From an uncultured Eisenbergiella sp. (GTDB taxonomy: Bacteria; Bacillota; Clostridia; Lachnospirales; Lachnospiraceae): a stretch of 64,000 nt of DNA. The notes under the pieces were generated by a model. It had not been told where the DNA came from. It made no database searches and saw only the letters and a list, made by a program, of their open reading frames with translations. Positions 59,574 through 64,000 of this stretch are shown here, in pieces; the stretch's first letter is position 1; each line of letters opens with the position of its first letter. The stretch covers positions 4,522-68,521 of the forward strand of contig CAJFMW010000009.1 of the NCBI GenBank assembly GCA_904392525.1, written 5' to 3'. Both the position numbers and the translations under genes were made by a program.

Positions 59574-59602
59574 CCGTATTCCCCCGAACGATTGAAAAAA
59601 GG

Positions 59603-60286
59603 ATGGTAAACGGCATGACTTTTCAGGATATTTTTAAATCAGACTTTCTGGAGAACATAAACAGCATCCCCATGTTTGACATGGTACTCGCCCTCGCACT
59701 GGCATTTCTGCTGGGTCTGTTCATCTTCTTCATCTATAAAAGCAGCTACAGCGGCGTCATGTATTCCGACAGCTTCGGCGTGACGCTGGTCGCTCTTTCC
59801 CTCATCACCACGCTGCTGATTCTGACGGTGGTGAGCAATGTGGTGCTGTCACTCGGCATGGTGGGCGCTCTGTCCATCGTCCGTTTCCGGACAGCCATCA
59901 AAGAACCGATGGACATTGCCTTCCTGTTCTGGTCCATCGCCGTTGGCATCGTGCTCGCTGCCGGCCTGATTCCTCTGGCGGTATTCGGCAGCATTTTTAT
60001 CGGCATCGTTCTGTATGCGTTTTCCAAAAAGAAAACCGTGGACTCACCCTATATCCTGATCGTCCACTGCGCGGACGGCGATACGGAAAAACAGGTTCGC
60101 AGTTTTACAGGCTCCCAGGTCAGAAGGATGAATCTGAAAAGCAAAAGCCTGGAGAACGGCTGCGTGGAACTCAATTATGAGGTCCGGCTGAAAAATGATG
60201 ACAGTTCCTTTGTGAATGAGCTCGACGCCATGCAGGGCGTCAGCCGGGTGACCCTCGTCTCCTACAACGGAGACTATATGGGATAA
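59603..60286 (+). CDS. DUF4956 membrane protein
   Basis: SLGMVGALSIVRFRTAIKEPMD signature; soluble C-terminal domain. Confidence 0.9.
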   Translation: MVNGMTFQDIFKSDFLENINSIPMFDMVLALALAFLLGLFIFFIYKSSYSGVMYSDSFGVTLVALSLITTLLILTVVSNVVLSLGMVGALSIVRFRTAIKEPMDIAFLFWSIAVGIVLAAGLIPLAVFGSIFIGIVLYAFSKKKTVDSPYILIVHCADGDTEKQVRSFTGSQVRRMNLKSKSLENGCVELNYEVRLKNDDSSFVNELDAMQGVSRVTLVSYNGDYMG

Positions 60287-60324
60287 CGAAAATAAAGTCC
60301 ATACGCTTTGAACGCAGTTTTGTC

Positions 60325-60391
60325 CGTACACAGTTTTTACATATCTTTTACCAAAATCCTCTGTCTGGATCCTTCCCGAAACGGATACAAT
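60325..60391 (+). promoter_or_regulatory. Pho-box-like array plus -10 element upstream of the choice-of-anchor I gene
   Basis: CGTACA/TTTACA/TTTACC at 60325, 60336, 60347 (11-bp period); TACAAT at 60386. Confidence 0.5.
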
Positions 60392-60457
60392 AAATCAGAC
60401 CGCTGCGCCTGCGGATACGGACAGGCGCGGCCAGAGCATACAGGAGGATGAAAGTTT

Positions 60458-62173
60458 ATGAAATGGAATGTAAAACGGGCAGCAGCAGCAACGCTCGGAC
60501 TCATGATGGCCTTCCAGACCGCTCCTGCGGTTTCGGTACAGGCCGCGCAGGCTCCGGAATGGAACACGGAGGTACTCAGCGTTTCTCAGATTGGCGGATA
60601 TGAATCCGGACAGTTCAATGTGGACGGCGGCGTCATGGAGATTGTGGCCTATAACCGGAACACGGGCCGGGCCTACGCGATCAACGGCCAGTCCGGCACC
60701 CTTGCCTCCATTTCCCTGAAAGACCTGCAGGGAGACGGAACCTTTGAAAAGCTGGAAGGCATCGATATTGATGTGAAAGGTCTGGTAGAAGCCGCAGATT
60801 CCGGCTTCGCATACGGAGATATGACATCCGTCGCCGTCTCTCCCGATCAGACCACGCTCGCAGCCGCACTGCAGGCCGAGGACTACAGAGATCCCGGACG
60901 GGTGGCGCTGTTTTCTTGCAATTCAGACGGAAGCCTCACGCTTAAGGGGCTTGCGGTTACCGGCGTACAGCCCGATATGGTGACATTCGCAAATAACACG
61001 ACGGTCCTTACCGCAGATGAAGGCGAGCCCAGAGAAGGCTATGGAAACGGCGCCACAGATCCGAAAGGATCCGTGACGATCATAAACACGGACAGCCTGA
61101 TCAGCAGGACTGTCGGTTTCGACGCTTTTGATGGCAGCGCACAGAGAACGGCGCTTACGGAAGAAGGCGTGGTGCTGAAAAAGGATACGGCTCCTTCCGT
61201 GGATCTGGAACCCGAATACATTGCGGTTTCCGGTCAGAAGGCGTATATCACCCTGCAGGAAGCCAATGCCATAGCCGTTCTGGATCTGGTATCAGCAGCC
61301 TATGACGGAATCTATTCGGCGGGCTTTGAAGATTACAGCACCGTGCCTGTGGATCTGGATAAGGAGGATGGCGCTTATGCGCCGGCAGTCTATGACAGCC
61401 TGAGAGGAATCCGTATGCCGGATGGAATTGTCGCATATACATCAGGCGGAAGAACCTGGCTGGTAACCGCCAACGAAGGCGACAGCCGGGAATGGGGTGA
61501 CGAAGATCTGGGAACAGACTATCTCAACGAGGATGAGCGCAATTTCGAGGATGGGGAAGATACCTCCCCCACCGGAGCGATCACTGCCGATAACTCCGGC
61601 CTGACCGGAAAAGTGGTCTTCTTTGACAGCTCCGATTACGATGGCCTGGACGAAACAAAGGATTATCTGTTCGGCGGACGTTCCTTCACCATCTATGAGG
61701 TGACGGCGGATGGAATCCGCGAAGCCTATACCAGCGGCAGCGCATTTGAAGCCCTGACCGCGGCGGCATTGCCTGAATACTATAACTGCTCCAACGACAA
61801 CAGCGTTGTGGATGACCGCTCCGGCAAGAAGGGACCTGAACCGGAAAGCGTTACGGTAGGCGCCGTGGGCGGAAGAATCTACGCATTTGTGGCTCTGGAG
61901 CGCACCGGCGGCGTGATGATCTACGATGTGACAAATCCTGAGAACGCTGGCTTTGTCAGCTACGTCAATTCGCGCGACTTCGCGTCCACAGTGGACGGTT
62001 CTCAGGTATATGAGGACGGCGAACTGGACAAATGGGTGACCGGAGGCGACGTTGCGCCCGAAGGCTTGGCATTTGTGGACGGCTCCGCCAGCCCCACCGG
62101 AAATCCGCTTCTGCTCGCGGCCTGCGAGGTATCCGGAACGGTAGCGGTTTATGAACTGAACGCCGCGGACTGA
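60458..62173 (+). CDS. Secreted choice-of-anchor I family protein (atypical alkaline phosphatase-like beta-propeller)
   Basis: Signal peptide; EIVAY, PDMVTF, ADEGEP, DLEPEYI, MPDGI, ANEGD, GGRSFTI, DDRSGKKGPEPE, APEGL, EVSGT. Confidence 0.85.
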   Translation: MKWNVKRAAAATLGLMMAFQTAPAVSVQAAQAPEWNTEVLSVSQIGGYESGQFNVDGGVMEIVAYNRNTGRAYAINGQSGTLASISLKDLQGDGTFEKLEGIDIDVKGLVEAADSGFAYGDMTSVAVSPDQTTLAAALQAEDYRDPGRVALFSCNSDGSLTLKGLAVTGVQPDMVTFANNTTVLTADEGEPREGYGNGATDPKGSVTIINTDSLISRTVGFDAFDGSAQRTALTEEGVVLKKDTAPSVDLEPEYIAVSGQKAYITLQEANAIAVLDLVSAAYDGIYSAGFEDYSTVPVDLDKEDGAYAPAVYDSLRGIRMPDGIVAYTSGGRTWLVTANEGDSREWGDEDLGTDYLNEDERNFEDGEDTSPTGAITADNSGLTGKVVFFDSSDYDGLDETKDYLFGGRSFTIYEVTADGIREAYTSGSAFEALTAAALPEYYNCSNDNSVVDDRSGKKGPEPESVTVGAVGGRIYAFVALERTGGVMIYDVTNPENAGFVSYVNSRDFASTVDGSQVYEDGELDKWVTGGDVAPEGLAFVDGSASPTGNPLLLAACEVSGTVAVYELNAAD

Positions 62174-62227
62174 ACGGAAGATCTGTCTATATCAGAAAAA
62201 TCACCTGATTTCTCATAACACAGCTTC

Positions 62228-62266
62228 AAGGCACCGTCTCAGAAAAAGAGCCGGTGTCTTTCTTTT
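62228..62266 (+). terminator. Intrinsic terminator
   Basis: AAGGCACCG...CGGTGTCTT followed by a T-rich tract. Confidence 0.6.
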
Positions 62267-62379
62267 TCCGAGAATTACTTCGGATGTTGACTCCTGCTCC
62301 GGTTTTCTTATAATCAGGTTATCAGCTTTATATATATCGTCACTGTCCTGCTGAAAATGTGTGGAAAGGAAAGAAAAGC

Positions 62380-63573
62380 ATGCAATGGAAATATCTGTGT
62401 TCCCTTCTTTTTCTTCTTCTGCTGCTCACATCCGGATGCGGTATGGAGTCAAAGGAGGAAGATTTGCTGGGCACCATCCGAACGGAGACCGAAGAAATCG
62501 CGGAGCTTTATCGTGATATTTATGAAGATGCGAAAACCCGAAACAGCCTTGCGGACACGGAAACCGCCCTCGCCCTCGCCGCACGTCTCGGAGAATCCGG
62601 ATTCTGCGTGACCGACGCGGAAAATCAGAATCTGATCAATCTGACCAATCATGAAACGATGGAAGCCTTCTGCAGTCTGGTAGATGAGGGACGGGACGGC
62701 GAAGCCGTTTTCTTCTGCGTCATGCAGACCGGAGGGCTGCTCCGTTTCGATCTCACCTCCGCAGGCGGAGAGGTTTCCGTTGTGCGTACCGTGCTGAGCT
62801 GGGAGGAGGAAAAGCCTTCCGTCACTTACCAAAGTTCTTACGCCGCAGATGGCTGGACTTATGAAGACGGCTGCCTGTTCTTTGAGGAAGCGCAGCCCGT
62901 CGCCTATGACGGCGCTCCCGGCTATACGGCCCTGCGCATACAGCCTCTGGACGAAGCCTGCCTGAAATGGAACCGGGAATGCCTGCGCCTTGTGGGATAC
63001 CCTTCCAACAACCTGTTCTTTCTGGACTGGACGGAAGAGGATTACGGGGCTCTGAATTTTTATGACCTTTTTGCCATTCTGTATCCCGTCGCCCGCGGAA
63101 CACAGATTCCCTATGAACAGACCATAGATGGATCGGAATATCAGGTGCCCGCAGAAGAGTTTGAATCCGTCATTCAGACCTTTTTCTCCATTGATGCGGA
63201 AACTCTGCAGCAGATCGAGGGATACCAGCCGGACACAGACAGCTATGTCTATCAGACCAGAAGCTTTACCAATAAAGCCGGTTCACCCAACAGCCCCTAT
63301 CCGGAAGCCGTCTCCTGCCGGGAAAATACGGACGGCACTCTGACGCTGACGGTACGCGCCGTCTGGCCCTCGGAGCATTTGCCGCAGGCATTTTCCCATG
63401 AGGTGACGATCCGTCCGCTGCCGGACGGCGGTTTTCAGTTTGTCTCCAACCGCATGCTCCCCTCTGCGGAGGATGTGTTTCCCTCCTGGGTTGAGGAGGT
63501 CCTGGGGGAATCCAGCACGGCATCCTCTTCTGCCAGAACACCGAAATCAATCAGCAGCACCATGCTGAAATAA
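62380..63573 (+). CDS. Lipoprotein, DUF6070-like
   Basis: LTSGC lipobox; YPSNNLFFLDW, PYPE..S..EN.DGTLTL.V.AV; upstream TTGACT-16 nt-TATAAT. Confidence 0.7.
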   Translation: MQWKYLCSLLFLLLLLTSGCGMESKEEDLLGTIRTETEEIAELYRDIYEDAKTRNSLADTETALALAARLGESGFCVTDAENQNLINLTNHETMEAFCSLVDEGRDGEAVFFCVMQTGGLLRFDLTSAGGEVSVVRTVLSWEEEKPSVTYQSSYAADGWTYEDGCLFFEEAQPVAYDGAPGYTALRIQPLDEACLKWNRECLRLVGYPSNNLFFLDWTEEDYGALNFYDLFAILYPVARGTQIPYEQTIDGSEYQVPAEEFESVIQTFFSIDAETLQQIEGYQPDTDSYVYQTRSFTNKAGSPNSPYPEAVSCRENTDGTLTLTVRAVWPSEHLPQAFSHEVTIRPLPDGGFQFVSNRMLPSAEDVFPSWVEEVLGESSTASSSARTPKSISSTMLK

Positions 63574-64000
63574 GATACAGCAGTGCAATATGGGCCGGAT
63601 AAAAAATATAGAAAAACCACTTCTTTCCGCGTCCCGCTTTCCCATTATACAGGAATATGGGAATTGCCGCGAAACACATCATCCACTGAATCCCGCCGTC
63701 TACGAAATAGCTGAATCCGGAAAGAATCAATAACACCGCGATCTGGAGGACTCTGTGATTTCTGAAGACATAAAATGCCGTTCCCAGCACGACGAGGGAA
63801 AACCCTCCTTCCACCGTTAAAATGTTGGGAACCAGCAGCGCAAGCGTGGCAAGAAAACGGATCGTGAAAGGCGATACATTTTCCTGAAAAGAGAGCACCG
63901 CAACCAGATAGATGGGAAGTGCACAGGCCACCGGAATCAGACCGCCCAAAACTGATTTTATGATTTTTTTCACATCTCTTCTGCGGAGTCCATCCATGAA
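63551..64000 (-). CDS. TraX-family membrane protein, 3' part (runs off the window)
   Basis: LYNGKAG..KKWFFYIFYPAH C-terminal signature. Confidence 0.8.
   Translation of the reverse strand, partial: FMDGLRRRDVKKIIKSVLGGLIPVACALPIYLVAVLSFQENVSPFTIRFLATLALLVPNILTVEGGFSLVVLGTAFYVFRNHRVLQIAVLLILSGFSYFVDGGIQWMMCFAAIPIFLYNGKAGRGKKWFFYIFYPAHIALLYLISAWCC

Noticed and set aside
63551-64000. TraX-family gene as evidence of a conjugative element
   Set aside because: TraX-like genes are common stand-alone chromosomal genes in Clostridia; no relaxase, T4SS or integrase is in the window

Overview
Chromosomal segment of a Clostridia (Lachnospiraceae-like) gut bacterium; the taxonomy is inferred from gene content. 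It holds about 50 genes: carbohydrate uptake and catabolism (ABC and GPH transporters, two GH2 enzymes, ROK kinase, PIG-L deacetylase), DNA repair and RNA modification (nth, Ogg, AlkD-like, trmB, RlmI-like), several regulators and one tRNA-Pro(CGG). No CRISPR array, prophage or intact transposase is visible. Main points of interest: (1) a ~8 kb sigI-rsgI-cotH-repeat lipoprotein-VTC-DUF4956-choice-of-anchor-I cluster, with two matching SigI-type promoters, two matching Pho-box-like arrays and an acidic DTDYxP motif shared by the anti-sigma factor and the lipoprotein, suggesting an uncharacterised cell-surface phosphate/polyphosphate system; (2) two sequence-divergent but structurally congruent ~120-nt three-hairpin pseudoknot elements, each lying between duplicated ribosome-binding sites; (3) an unannotated holin-like toxin with a convergent antisense RNA; (4) a tRNA with a 12-nt T-arm duplication; (5) unusual fusions (RelA/SpoT-HEPN-like, HelD-GH31N, XRE-PurM). 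Family assignments come from motif recognition only; no database search was run.
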